Origin: Trichosphaerium sp. ATCC 40318
Taxonomy: Eukaryota > Protista > Tubulinea
NCBI GenBank assembly: GCA_038496445.1
Contig: JALMLS010000211.1
Coordinates: 99,106 to 163,105, forward strand
Direction of reading: 5' to 3'
DNA length: 64,000 bases
Both the position numbers and the translations under genes were made by a program. Each line of letters opens with the position of its first letter. The first letter of the stretch is position 1. Under the pieces are notes generated by a model. That model saw only the letters and a list, made by a program, of their open reading frames with translations. It did no database searches and was not told the DNA's origin. Below are positions 11,593 to 23,832 of this stretch, one piece after another.

Positions 11593-13687
11593 ATGAAATG
11601 CGTATACAGCGTAACATCGGCTATAGTATTATTCTTATGTATAATGTACAACCATGTTAGTGCTGGTTTGATATCTCAAGGGCCTCCAGCATTAGACATA
11701 CCTCTTATACCTCTAAATTTTGGGTCAAATGACATTTCTTGGCGTTTTGATAACGTGACGCTCGTGCCTGAACAAAGCGCTAATATTACAGGTATATACG
11801 CTATAAATCTTCAATAGATATTCTATAGTACAATAGTTTTACTTTTTCTCGATCTTTTATCTCGTCACGTGTATTTTCCATTTTTTTTTATCTAACAAGC
11901 CTAACCTATCTTTTGTTTCACATTAGGCAATGTCGTACTATTCAAAGAGTTTGAAGAGCCTCAGGAAGACAGAATTCTTAAATACCAAAAACTAGGCGCA
12001 ATCGCGGTAGTTTCTAGGTCCATGAGACCTGGAAGAGGAGAGTATATACTACATTCTCGTAGGAGTAAGATAAAAGCAAGTGGTTTTTATTGTTTTAACA
12101 ATAAACTTTTTTTTTTGCTGATATTTTTAGATACCAGTAGCCGAAATTGAAGCATCAGAGTTTGATTACGAAGTGTTCAAACGTGTAGCGTATATCACAG
12201 TATCTACTACGCCTGATGTAAATGAATGGGCTGTTTTATTTGAGTCATGGTGGATGATTGCTTGGCAAGTATCTATGACACTGTTTAATCTTATAGCACT
12301 AGTGTACTGTATATACAAGTGCGTGTGGAACAGTTTTAAGTTGAATTCGTTGTTAATTTTTAATCCTTTTGTTTGTAGCTTGGTTGCTCACGTGCGCAAG
12401 ACATACTTCGCAGCTGATGTACCTAAAATTTCACTTTGTGTTATTGTGGCAGCAATTTTATCTCGCCTTGTATTCCATTGTGCGCACGTTTTTTAAATTG
12501 AAAAAAAAGTTTGGTATTTTTGGAATCTTATTTCAGCTGGTTTAACCTTTTATTTTCAGGTATTGATCCAGTTGGTTACCTAAAAATATATCCATTTTAT
12601 ATAGTAGATTTATCTTTCTCCACAAGCGTTTGTTTCTCGTAAGTCGTCATGTTTTTTTTTTGTTTGTTTTTTTTTTATTAACTAATTTGTAGCGTTTGTT
12701 CTTCGCTTCTCATAACCCTTTATTGGTATAACTATCACGTGATATTAAGTAAATTATTTAATACTCTGTAGGCACCAAATTCTTACTAGTAAGACTGTAT
12801 CAGCTCTTAAGCACTTGTCGAGATTACGATACACTTTCTATGCAATGATTGGTTTACTGGTCGTTTTACTCGTCATTCACGCAACTGCGTCATTTTTTTA
12901 CGATGGGGAGGTTTTTAATACACCAGCTTTATTACTTGTACGCGCTTTATAAGATTAGGAAAAATCGTAAACTTACTGTTCTGTAGTTTATTTATCTTTG
13001 TGGGACACTCGTTTATTGCTTGGTTATTTCTTTGCTTATAATAAAAAGACTACGTACTATGCACTCACCTGATGACCGAACAGCGTCAATGATAAGGAAG
13101 GTATGTTATTTACATGTTTTACGTAGCAAAGGAAGTTGTAAAAACAACACATTTGCAGTGAATAACTTTCTTTGAACATAACTTTTTTTTTTGTTTTAGG
13201 TTCTTTACAGAGTTATTATAATCATTTGCTTCATGTTAGTTATATTTGCTTATGTGCCAATGGGCCTTTTTAATTTCACAAATACGCCCATTAGATACGC
13301 AATATTGTGGTACACGTGGTTTGCTATTACAACACTCATGGACATGGTATGCACTTGGTTTTTTTTCCAAAAGACAGATACAAAAAATTCTCAACACGTG
13401 CCAATCTTTGACAGCTTCCCATTTGAGTCCTTGATTTTATTTTTATCCTCATTTGGAAACCGCCTTTTTGTCAATTTTATAAATATTAGCACTGTGCTAA
13501 AGGAGCCGCTGTGTATCTATACTTTTTTTGTCACCAATCTCTTTTCTTATTTTTTTATTAGGCACAGATTTTTATGGCCGCAGCGCCTGCAGTTACTATT
13601 GCTCATACACCAAGTGAGAGTTCAAAAATGGCTGGTTTACGTGCTTTAAGTACCCCTGAAGCAGCTATTCAGACATCTTCATTGTAA
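11593..13687 (+). CDS. Signal peptide + PA-like domain + multi-pass (about 7 TM) receptor-like protein
   Basis: Signal peptide, PLNFG...YQKLGAIAVV...IPVAEI (PA pattern), then serial hydrophobic helices across about 10 exons, ending QTSSL*. Confidence 0.72.
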
Positions 13688-14116
13688 GACACTTTTAGCA
13701 ATTTTCGTAAGCTCAAATGTACATAAATACCATGTAAATAAACCAGTTCATCTGGTGTTTATATTTCAATGTCCATTTCATGTTATTGATCCGTTTAGAA
13801 AAAGATAGCAGTACTTGCAAGTCTTGTTAAAATAAAAAGGTAAAATTTTGTCTCCCATAGAGATGCAAAGGTCCCTGGACATTCTGAAAACCTACGCATT
13901 TCTCAACATTGTTTTTTTTCATGTTTTGGGAGAACAGTTAACACTTCATAACCGGCTGTTATCTGAATAAGCCAAGAATTCCAGCGGTATTGTTGGTAAC
14001 GTTTCTAGATACTGACGTAACAATTTACACTTGTGTAAAAATAATTCTAGTGTTTTGTTATCTGTTCCCTTTTCCAAAAAGGTCTGTTGACCGTCAACAT
14101 TAATAATACTTACCAA

Positions 14117-14995
14117 ATGGCATACTATCGCAGCAATGCGGTACCTATTTCAATTCCAATAAGGGTTACAGCAGCAACTGAACCACGTGAAGAACCTTCA
14201 ACACCACAAGAAGAAACAGAAGCTACAACGCTTACAGAAGATATACACGCGGTAATTAACGTTTTACAAGTGCTTACAATCAGTATTAATCAAAACATGT
14301 AGATCTGTCACCTATTACGCCTTCCCGTTGAGATATACCTTGATATCATTGATATAGACCTTGAAACATACATTAAACTCCCTATTTTATGTAAAAACAC
14401 GACACCAACAAGATTCGATACTGAACTTAACAAACATGGAAAATGGCTTAGAATCAAAAATTTTACTCATGTGAAGGGAGAACAACATTATGTCAATGGT
14501 ATACTTGAAGGAGAATGTAAGAAGTGGTATGATAACGGACAAATTGAAGAAACGTGTTGTTATGTAAATGATAAACAACATGGTCAGTATAAACAGTGGT
14601 ATGAGACTGGCCAATTGAAGGAACATTATCACTATGTCAATGGTACATTTGAAGGCGAGTTTAAGACTTGGTATGAGAATGGTCAATGTCAAGAACACTG
14701 CTACTATATTTATGATAAACTTGAAGGAGAATACAAGAAGTACCATGATAATGGAACGCTATGGGAACAATGCTATTATGAGAATGGTACAAGAGAAGGA
14801 CTTCAATGTATTTGGTATAAAAATGGCCAATTGAAAATGCTTTGTAACCTTGTTAATGGTATACGAGAAGGAGAGCAAAGTACTTGGTATAAAAATGGTA
14901 ATCGTCATGAACAGTTTAATTGTGTAAATGGTAAGCGTAATGGTGAAGTTAAGTATTGGAAAAGGGATGGAACCTTACTAATTATGGAAGGGTAA
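14117..14995 (+). CDS. F-box + MORN2 (YwqK-like) repeat protein, copy A (7 repeats)
   Basis: Exon 1 MAYYRSN...DIHA, intron 14252-14302, then ICHLLRLPVEIYLDIIDIDLETYIKLPILCK (F-box-like) and seven 24-aa YxNGxxxGExKxWYxNGQL units. Confidence 0.85.
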
Positions 14996-15387
14996 TGAAA
15001 GCAAAAGTTGAGCAATGCCAACGCAGTTTCATTGAAACCTCTGTATTTAAAATATTAAAGTTACTATATTTTGTATTAATTAGATTCCTACAAATGTCCA
15101 GGTTACTCGATTCTGTTGGTACTGCCCAAAGAACAATTTAATGGTGGCTCGGATTGGCTTTTTTAGCAACAACTCGGCTTTCAAACAAGAGTAAAGTTGT
15201 ACTTACACCAATTGGGTTTGTAATTAGTCCTTTTCCAAGTTTTTCAAAGTCTTTAAAAAGGCGAAGATATTAATCATAACGACCAGAATATTTGCGTTAC
15301 CTCAAAAACAGTTTTTGTTTCACGGAGGGCATGTCCAAATTCTAAATAGGTCAATCCATGTCTTAGTTTGGAAATGTCGAAGTATAC

Positions 15388-15565
15388 CAATTGCTGATAC
15401 ACTGTAATTACCCACATATACGAAGTGGAGAATATAAGAAGTGGCCAATAGAGGGTACAAAGTAATTACACCAATGGTATATGCAACGGAGAATACAAGG
15501 ATTAGCATTCAAATGGTCAATTGAGAGCATAGTGATTACACAGTGGTAAACGAGAACAAGTATGG
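15388..15565 (+). pseudogene. Decayed MORN2-repeat fragment
   Basis: QLLIHCNYPHIRSGEYKKW...QSNYTNGICNGEYKD*HSNGQLRA*, with stops and frameshifts. Confidence 0.65.
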
Positions 15566-16316
15566 AATTGCTGAAAACGGCGTTAAACCCTTGAATGATA
15601 TGTACAAATGTCTGTTTGGTGTACAACCCTCAAAACTAACAACATCTTTCGAGTGTAGAATGACTGCAACATGGATAGCTCTCACCTATATGCCTCTAAG
15701 TCATGGCTGTACACGTGTTTTATCGTTACAGACGTTTGGGTAAAACTTGGTATGACTCACATAAATCAACTACAAACGCCTACAACGTGTATACAGAACA
15801 TGGCGAGCAGCAATCACCCACATCCCACCCAAAAAATTTCCTTTTCAGCTTTGTTTTTAAAAAACCTGTAAAACTTTCTTTTATTTTCCAAGTGTTTCTT
15901 GTACAATAGATAACAAATGCTTGGCGCTGCGCTAGAGCCACAAGATATTTTGTCTTCCTCCCAACATCGTCTAAGTTGAGTCCCCTTTGGTTAGTTGATA
16001 GAAGAGAATAGTAGTATTAGTGTTATACTCTAACGCACCAATACAACCAAGATTACTTGTAGCAACAGCTGCTTTTTATAACAAGGCAGTCAGTTAGTGT
16101 TCTGTTTTGTTTCTTCTTTAGACTTGTTAAACAATAAACGATCATAATCCCAAAAACCTTACTCGCGCTTGTTTTTGGTAGAAAATGAATTGCTTGAACA
16201 ACCCGTTCAAGTTAAGAAAAAAAACTCAAGGAGAGATCATGAAGGGTGATGAATCCAAAACGAAACATAATTGTAATGTGAAGGGTTTATTACAATAAAC
16301 ATTGTTAGTTGTACGT

Positions 16317-16658
16317 TTACACGCAATCAATATATGAAGTGTCTTGAATCCTTATTTTAAGGCCAATACATCCACGATCGAGGCATGAACGGCATTTCTT
16401 TGATCCTGATACTTTGTTTACACCAGGATAGTTCTTGTCTGGGCAATCGAATATATGCTCTTTACAGAGCAAGTCTCCATTATCTCTCCCTACACTCTTC
16501 GTTAAAAGACACAAGTTCAACAAGCAATTGTTCAAAGAGCTTGGTTGTATTGTTGTATGTGACGTACTGTACTTTCTGGAGCATACAGGGCAGGCTGACT
16601 GAGCTTCGGCAATGTAAAGCAAGCAAAGGGCAACAGCGAAGAGTATTATGAGTTTCAT
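16317..16658 (-). CDS. Small secreted cysteine-rich protein, copy 1 (113 aa)
   Basis: Signal peptide MKLIILFAVALCLLYIAEA, 10 Cys in the mature part, intronless, AATAAA downstream. Confidence 0.85.
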   Translation of the reverse strand: MKLIILFAVALCLLYIAEAQSACPVCSRKYSTSHTTIQPSSLNNCLLNLCLLTKSVGRDNGDLLCKEHIFDCPDKNYPGVNKVSGSKKCRSCLDRGCIGLKIRIQDTSYIDCV

Positions 16659-17691
16659 GTTTTAGGGGAGTAGTTGTTTGTATTGTTGTTGTTAAGAACT
16701 ATGTGTGTCTATTTGAAGGTGCACAGCCCACATTTTTGTGAGTTACTTCAGCTACTTCACGACACTCCCCGCGCCACGGAACTATTCATATTCTAAATTC
16801 AAAGACCATAATCTCGTATTGTAGGTGTTTTGCCTCTCTTTGAACCTATCGGGAAAACATCGGAAAAACAAAACAGCCATTAACTGAAAACTGTGTGAGA
16901 GAATCTCCCGACCTCTATTTTTTTGATTGTATACTGTATGTTACTTAGTTGCTTTGATGGGTATACAGTAAAGGGTTATAATTTAATATCTATATATATA
17001 TGAAGGTCGCAGCATGTACACGCAGTTTCCTCACTTTATTTCACGTGTACACGTTTTTTCCCTGTGATATTGGCGACTACTTTAGGAATCCTTGTAGGTT
17101 TGTATGACTGATTGTTTGAACGTCTTGTTCTAATTTAGCTATTTTTTTTCACATCAATATTCACGCCATACCCACCAATAGCTTACTATTTTTGAGCGAA
17201 CGTCGGAGTCGTGTACCTAGCGAAGTGATGGCCTGATTGGAGGGAAGAGAGCTCTTTTCTCGATGTCCCACATTCGAACTTACTAGAACAATTACCGCTG
17301 TCCTGGACCGCTGTGTTACCTCGGAAATTCTCGTGTAGTTTTCACGAATAGCGTAGAGTAAAGGAGTGGCGTTTGCCCTTTGTCACATTCTTGTTTAATC
17401 TTACAGCTAGACAGCTAAGTTTCAACTTTGTCGCCTTATTGTTTCTGTTTCAGTTAAACAGTTTGGCTTTTTTTAAAGTTTATCCGATGAATCTCCGATT
17501 CTTAGGAGACCCTTCATAACGCTTTATGTAGCGTTGTGATAATTGCCACATAATTTTGGTTATTCTCCACTGGCGAGGAGGTGTCGTGTTTTTTTCACTG
17601 AAACATGTGTTTAGTTTTGAGGACTGTGCACCTTCAAATAGACACACATAGTTCTTAACAACAACAATACAAACAACTACTCCCCTAAAAC

Positions 17692-18021
17692 ATGAAACTC
17701 ATAATACTCTTCGCTGTTGCCCTTTGCTTGCTTTACATTGCCGAAGCTCAGTCAGCCTGCCCTGTATGCTCCAGAAAGTACAGTACGTCACAACCAAGCT
17801 CTTTGAACAATTGCTTGTTGAACTTGTGTCTTTTAACGAAGAGTGTAGGGAGAGATAATGGAGACTTGCTCTGTAAAGAGCATATATTCGATTGCCCAGA
17901 CAAGAACTATCCTGGTGTAAACAAAGTATCAGGATCAAAGAAATGCCGTTCATGCCTCGATCGTGGATGTATTGGCCTTAAAATAAGGATTCAAGACACT
18001 TCATATATTGATTGCGTGTAA
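17692..18021 (+). CDS. Small secreted cysteine-rich protein, copy 2 (109 aa)
   Basis: Identical to copy 1 except that it lacks HTTI. Confidence 0.85.
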   Translation: MKLIILFAVALCLLYIAEAQSACPVCSRKYSTSQPSSLNNCLLNLCLLTKSVGRDNGDLLCKEHIFDCPDKNYPGVNKVSGSKKCRSCLDRGCIGLKIRIQDTSYIDCV

Positions 18022-18802
18022 ACGTACAACTAACAATGTTTATTGTAATAAACCCTTCACATTACAATTATGTTTCGTTTTGGCTTCATCACCCTTCATG
18101 ATCTCTCCTTGAGTTTTTTTTCTTAACTTGAACGGGTTGTTCAAGCAATTCATTTTCTACCAAACACTACAATGCATTGATATATGCCAGTTGCACAGAT
18201 TCGTGACTCAATAATACGCCCATAGGTATTGAAAAAAGTTTAACTTCATTGCCGTAGCGCAAGTTTCACTTCGGATCTATCGCAAATTAAATAGCGCAGA
18301 CATCATACTAATTCTCTCTTGTTCAGAAGCAATTAAAACAATGTAGTGAACCCGCACCTTAGTCGCGTTACTAACAACAGATGGTAGTTGAGAAAGAAAT
18401 AAATGTGAATAGTAGCGTTTATTAAGGAGAACTTCATTCAGCATTCATACCTGAGCTTGAACTCTGAAAAAATGAAAAACCAGAATAAAGTGAGAAGGAA
18501 CAAATATGCGTTATATTTTGGAATATGTGCTTTGTCTATTTACTTTACAATTGCAACCCATATAAAAAAAAAAACTAATGTGTAATACATCCACACACAA
18601 TAATTATAAATGTCATGATAATTGATTCAAGTATCTACACGAGTAGACATCAAAAAATATTTTCGCTTAGCGAAGACTGTTTACTGACTTTTTTTTTTTT
18701 TCTTGCGAGGAATAAATAAAAAATAAGCCAAATAAACTGATCCGCAAAGAAACGAAGAAAGAAAATTTGTATGTGATAGAATACGTTCTGTTTTCTTTTT
18801 TT

Positions 18803-21250
18803 TTAGGCCACATTGTCTTCCAAGACAGTGAATCGCTTATCTTTATCCATGACAGCCTTTAATGGAGTGTATGCGAAACCAGGGAGTGGTTGACATTCCA
18901 AAGATCCAGCGTAACGAGTAGAACCCCATCCTTGAACACCGATGTTTCCTTTTTGTCCCATCTCTACGATATCGCCGTTTTCTTCCATCAGAGCGACCTA
19001 AGGAGATAGTATAAATATCATAGACATCGTATTTAGAACTGTAAAGCAAGAGGAAAGGGAAAGAAGTAAAGAAAGTTGAAAAGACTTACTCTGTTGAAAG
19101 GTAGACTTGATTTTGGTCCAAATTTACCGCCATGAGCCAAGTAGTTCTCATGAGTTTCTGCAAATATAACAGATACGTTTTGACTACCCATAGTAATAAC
19201 AACACGATCCAAATCAAGTTTTTCAATTACACTACAAAAAGTAAGAAAAAAAAAAAAAGAAAAAATATGGTACGTACTCTTTTACGAGTTGAGTGTCTGG
19301 GATGTCTCCAGGGTAACCAACAATAACAGCAGCGCGGAGAGATGATGTATCTGTAGTCTCTAGCATTTCACATTCCAACAATTGTCTAAAATTAGATGCC
19401 ATATCACAGAGCACTGTACCTCTAAAAAAAGAGATCAGCGAAAAAAACCTCCTAAACAAAAAGCTCTTTGCTTTTGATTGATGGCCGTACTTGTCCATAT
19501 GGATAGTTCTCAATGTATGCTCAGGTGAGAAAACTTCCCAAGGAATAACAAAACGTGAACGGAAAGCCATAGTGATACCCCATCCTGAGATAAAAAATTA
19601 AATCCAAACGCTCAAAAGAAAATACCAAAAAAAAAATAAGGCGTACCGCAAACTAAACCAGCCGTTTGGTACGGTTGTAGATTAGATATAACACTATCAG
19701 CCTCAGTAATACCAATCTTGTTACCAATAAAAATAGCACTATTCATAATAGCGTATTCATTCCAGTGTACAGGCTGTTGAAAAAATAAGTTATGTCAACA
19801 AGCGCTTTGCTATAATTGTACTTCTTGAACTTTCTCCATTGGGTGAGGGCACACAAACATATAAGGCACTCGAGGATCTGCTTCTCTGTCCATTTTTTTC
19901 CAAGGAGCGATAGTAGGAAGAGCATGATGGACAAACAAACTTCTTAAATTAATCATTCCTAAAAAAAAGAAATCAAAAAAAAAAATGTACATATTCTTTC
20001 TTAACAAAATTAAAAGATAATTACTCACCATCAATAGCACGTTTTCCTGTGTGTATTACATATTTTAACTCTTTAAGAACATCATGTGTATTTGTCTGAA
20101 AGTAAGGCGCTATAGATTTCAGAGTAAGGGATCTAATACGTTGTACATTTTTTGAAAAAAAATCAACAAAAAAACAAGAAGAAAACGTACTGCTGTTCAA
20201 TAAAGGGAATGTTTCGTAAATGTTTTCCAGCTGGACGCTGTTACCGACCTTTGGTGCAAACATAAACAAACCAGGTCTGAACTTCTCCAAGGCATCACTA
20301 CGAACACAATAAGTTCCAAGCAACGCTTTAACGGTAAAGTACAAAAAAATCAAGAAAACAAACATTTGTCACAATAAAAACTGACAAACGCACATTAGAG
20401 GTTGTCCATAAATTTGTGGTGGCACCATAGCTACAGGGTGTCTTTGTGATCTACAACCACCAACAATAGCAGCCCACTAGAGCAAAGTTTAGAGACTTTT
20501 TGTTTAATACTTCCAATGTAATTAAATAGGTTACGTACAGCTTCGAGCTTGTTTGGCATGGCCATTGCGAAAGAAGTACCTTCAGCTCCACATGCTTCGC
20601 GCAAACCAGCAGCAATTGAATTAAAATCACCCTAATATGAGATGTTATTGAGCGAGTATTGTGCTTTTGGGTTGATTTAAAGCGATTCGGCGCAATAATA
20701 GGTGACAATAATTCAAACAGCGCGCAATTCATCCGCATTAGCGTTAATTTACCTTAAATTCTTTCCATGTACGTAATACATCCTCATTTACTTGACGCAC
20801 GACACTTTTATGCTCGTACTCGCTAATTTGGTCGTCGACGGCCTGGCTGAACGTCTGCATTGTAGGACCATACTCCCACTCATCAACAACGTGAGTTGAA
20901 AGCCTTGATGATCTGAAGTCTTGAAAGAACGCTTGTTGTTCCTTGTAATCTACCGAGATGTTTAATTAACGACTTTCGTGAAGAAATAACTCACGCTCTA
21001 AAAGTTTAGGGCTATCTTGATACTTCTGTATCTTTTCAGCGTATACTTCAGCAGTGTCAACTGGTGTTGGTTCTGTCCACCGTGTTGGGTAACTGTTAAT
21101 TTTTCCTCTCGTCTTGTTGTCTATGTTTCTGATTACGTTGTCTCTGGCACTTTGCTTTTTTGTTTGTACATAAGCATAAGAGCGCACCGCTTTGCGCGAT
21201 TTAGAGCGGTGGCCTCTGCTACATACTCGCTGTGCAGTTCGTCCAAGCAT
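18803..21250 (-). CDS. Mitochondria-targeted, degenerate AMP-binding (acyl-CoA synthetase-like) protein, multi-exon
   Basis: Arg/Ser-rich presequence, then RTWKEFK...IAAGL...AMPNKLE...IMNSAIFIGNKIGITEADSV...FSPEHTLRTI...TDTSSLRAAVI...GDIVEMGQKGNIGVQG. The element order follows ANL-superfamily synthetases, but the canonical motifs are eroded. Confidence 0.6.
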
Positions 21251-21368
21251 TGTGTTAGGTAGCGTAGCGTAGATGGTCTAGAGTTCTTTCGTTTTCTACA
21301 GGCAAAATTTTGGCACAAAACGCTGTTTTATTGTCTTTATTACCAGCTAACCCTACACTTGGCTTACT

Positions 21369-22070
21369 ATGCTATTGGTAATTGTAGGTAAGGGAGACAA
21401 GACACTGTACGAGTATGAAGCTGAAAGCTCTCAGGTAGCCATTTTTTACACTAATAATACCGCTTGGTTACTGACACATCTGTAGCGACCACGAGAAGAC
21501 AATTATTTAGGGCAGTTTATTTTACACTCAGCTTTAGACACTGTAGAGGAACGGATGTGGCAAAATGCGAGCTGGTAGCTACTATTTAACAACGTAGCCA
21601 GTTATTAACGTATTTAGGTTCTTAAAGCGTGTTGACACTAAAGCGTATAACAATTGCGACGTATGGTGCTTTGTTTCCGCTGGGCGTACGTTGTTTAAAC
21701 GACAATTCTACAGCAAATAAAATTCTAATGGTACTTCAAATACTCACCAAACAACGTAGATACCAAATTCTTGCTTCTAATGCCAGTTAAAAACAAAAGC
21801 GAGGATACAATTAAAACATTTTTTTGGGAAGTTTATGAGCTCTACTTGAAGGCACGTGTCACTATCACAACATTTTATGCAATGTCAAAAAAATTTAATA
21901 ATAATACGATCACTAGGTACTCATGAACCCATTCTACGAACCAAATAGCACTATAACATCCTCTACGTTTCACCAACGCGTAAAAGGTACCAACACTTGA
22001 ATCATTAGGCTCTTTACCTTCATTGCAACTGAGTGTTTTTGTAGGTATCATAAATAGAAAATTGTATTAA
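21369..22070 (+). CDS. TRAPPC2: TRAPP complex subunit 2 (sedlin/Trs20), 6 exons
   Basis: MLLVIVGKGDKTLYE...QFILHSALDTVEERMW...FLKRVD...FVSAGHTKFLLL...FFWEVYELYLK/VLMNPFY. Confidence 0.93.
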
Positions 22071-22407
22071 AAACCACGCAATTCGAACGTGAGAGAATCT
22101 ATTAGAGAAAGATTTGTAATTACTATGTCTCTATGAAAGCATTTTTGAAAAAACCCTGTGTTTCACCGATTTAAACGCCACAGCAATACGCTGTAGTGTG
22201 TTTATACAACATCGGCTAAATAGTTACCGGCCTTACCTGAAACGGAAAGGATTTAACCGTACAGTTTATGTATGGTTTGCACATGCGTGGTTGACCTGTT
22301 ACCATTGGTTGTCGTGAGAGTTTAACATCTTGAGAAGCAAATAAGGCTTAGTACAAGTTAGGGGTAACTTAGCTTTTTCCGGATTTTTGTTTTAGTTTTT
22401 TCGTAAC

Positions 22408-23635
22408 ATGAGTACGGTATCAAATAACAAGGCTGCTTCTGGCCATTCTCATGCTCACCATCAATACAAAAAACTATCTAAGGAAGAAGCACGGTATCTA
22501 CTTCACGTAGATGCTGTATCTATCCCTACAGTAGCAGTCACAGTTATTGCTACATCTGTATTTCTACTATGCATCAAATTAGGTCCATTGCACGATAATT
22601 GGGTGCGTACATGTTTGTATTCGCGTGAACTGATGAATTATAGCTTAATTGGCCCACTTGCGTATTAATTCAAGCGTTTTGTGCTTATGCAAACTTTACA
22701 GCAATGCACGATTCAGCACACAAGTCTCTTGGTAAAAACCGGTTAGCCAACGGGTTTTTTGGAAGGTACTAAAAAACGGCGTCACATTTTTACTTTGCCT
22801 CGAGATTTACTAAAATCAGAGTTGTAGGTTTGCCTGCTTAACTATGGGACCACATATTGTTTATGTTGCATTTCGTTATGTTCATTTAAAACATCATAGA
22901 TACACTAATGATCCACAACGTGATCCAGTAAGTGTTTCTTTTTTTCTTTTTTTTGAAATCAACAATCACGTGTTATGATTAAGCTAGCTTTAGGATTATT
23001 GGGTTCACACTGGCGCTTTACTACCTTTAAGGTTTGCTACACTTGACTTATTTTACTACTATGATGTATTCAAAAACTGGAGAGATCATGCTATGAAAGA
23101 TATTCTAGAAGCTCTTGTTTGGCTCGTAACAGGAATTGCAGTGTCAATATACCTCGCCAACTCTTGTTATTCTACCTATTTCTGGTAACAGCAATAAGTC
23201 ATCGGGTTGTGTGTTTACTGACACGTGATATAGGCTTCACTGGATGTTACCAGCACGCTTGGCAATTATGTTTTTGGCTTTTTCTTTTGATTGGTTACCT
23301 CATCGCGAAAATCAGGTACGTTTAATATTTATTGGCGTTCTGGTTGTCTTGTTACTTACACCGCTAGGTGACATTTTCAGAGGATAGGTATAATACTACG
23401 TCCTTGCTAGTGTTTCCAATACAGGCATTATTCACTTGTTTGTTATTCTTTCAAGTACGCACTTTTTTTTCAATTACGGTCTAACTTCCATTTTTAGGAC
23501 TATCATATAATGCACCATATGTACCCTAGGATACCTTTCTATAGATATACAACTGCGTGGGCAATGAAAAGAGACGAATGGTTACATCGTAAAGTACCAG
23601 TGAGCTACCCATTAGGTGGAGGTAAAATACCATAA
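22408..23635 (+). CDS. Membrane fatty-acid desaturase/CrtR-like hydroxylase family protein
   Basis: Three His boxes (HDSAH, HLKHH followed by TNDPQRDPD, YHIMHHMYPRIPFY) plus FDWLPH. Confidence 0.88.
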
Positions 23636-23832
23636 AGCCCATAAAATACACTGTTTCCTCAAAAAAAGATCCAAGAAAACAATAAAAGCTATTTATCAAC
23701 ATCACGTGCTTTTTACTTCAAGAAAAAAAACAATAGGCCACCTATTAAATTACTTTATCTTTCTCTTTTACAAGCGTGCGTACACGTGAAATATTTGTTG
23801 ACGACATCGCATAAGCGACAGTTTTTTTTTTT

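Larger units (their letters stand above)
16174..18164. repeat. Long inverted duplication (arms 16174-16726 and 17624-18164) with a spacer of about 0.9 kb
   Basis: The arms are reverse complements. The only differences seen are a 12-nt in-frame indel (CATACAACAATA) and one 3' UTR substitution. Confidence 0.95.

Noticed and set aside
17200-17285. tRNA-like A-box/B-box fragments
   Set aside because: No cloverleaf could be formed and the motif orientations are inconsistent.
16385-17953. Antisense 88-aa and 84-aa ORFs over the Cys-rich genes
   Set aside because: Present twice only because the DNA is duplicated. The sense frame has the signal peptide and poly(A) signal.
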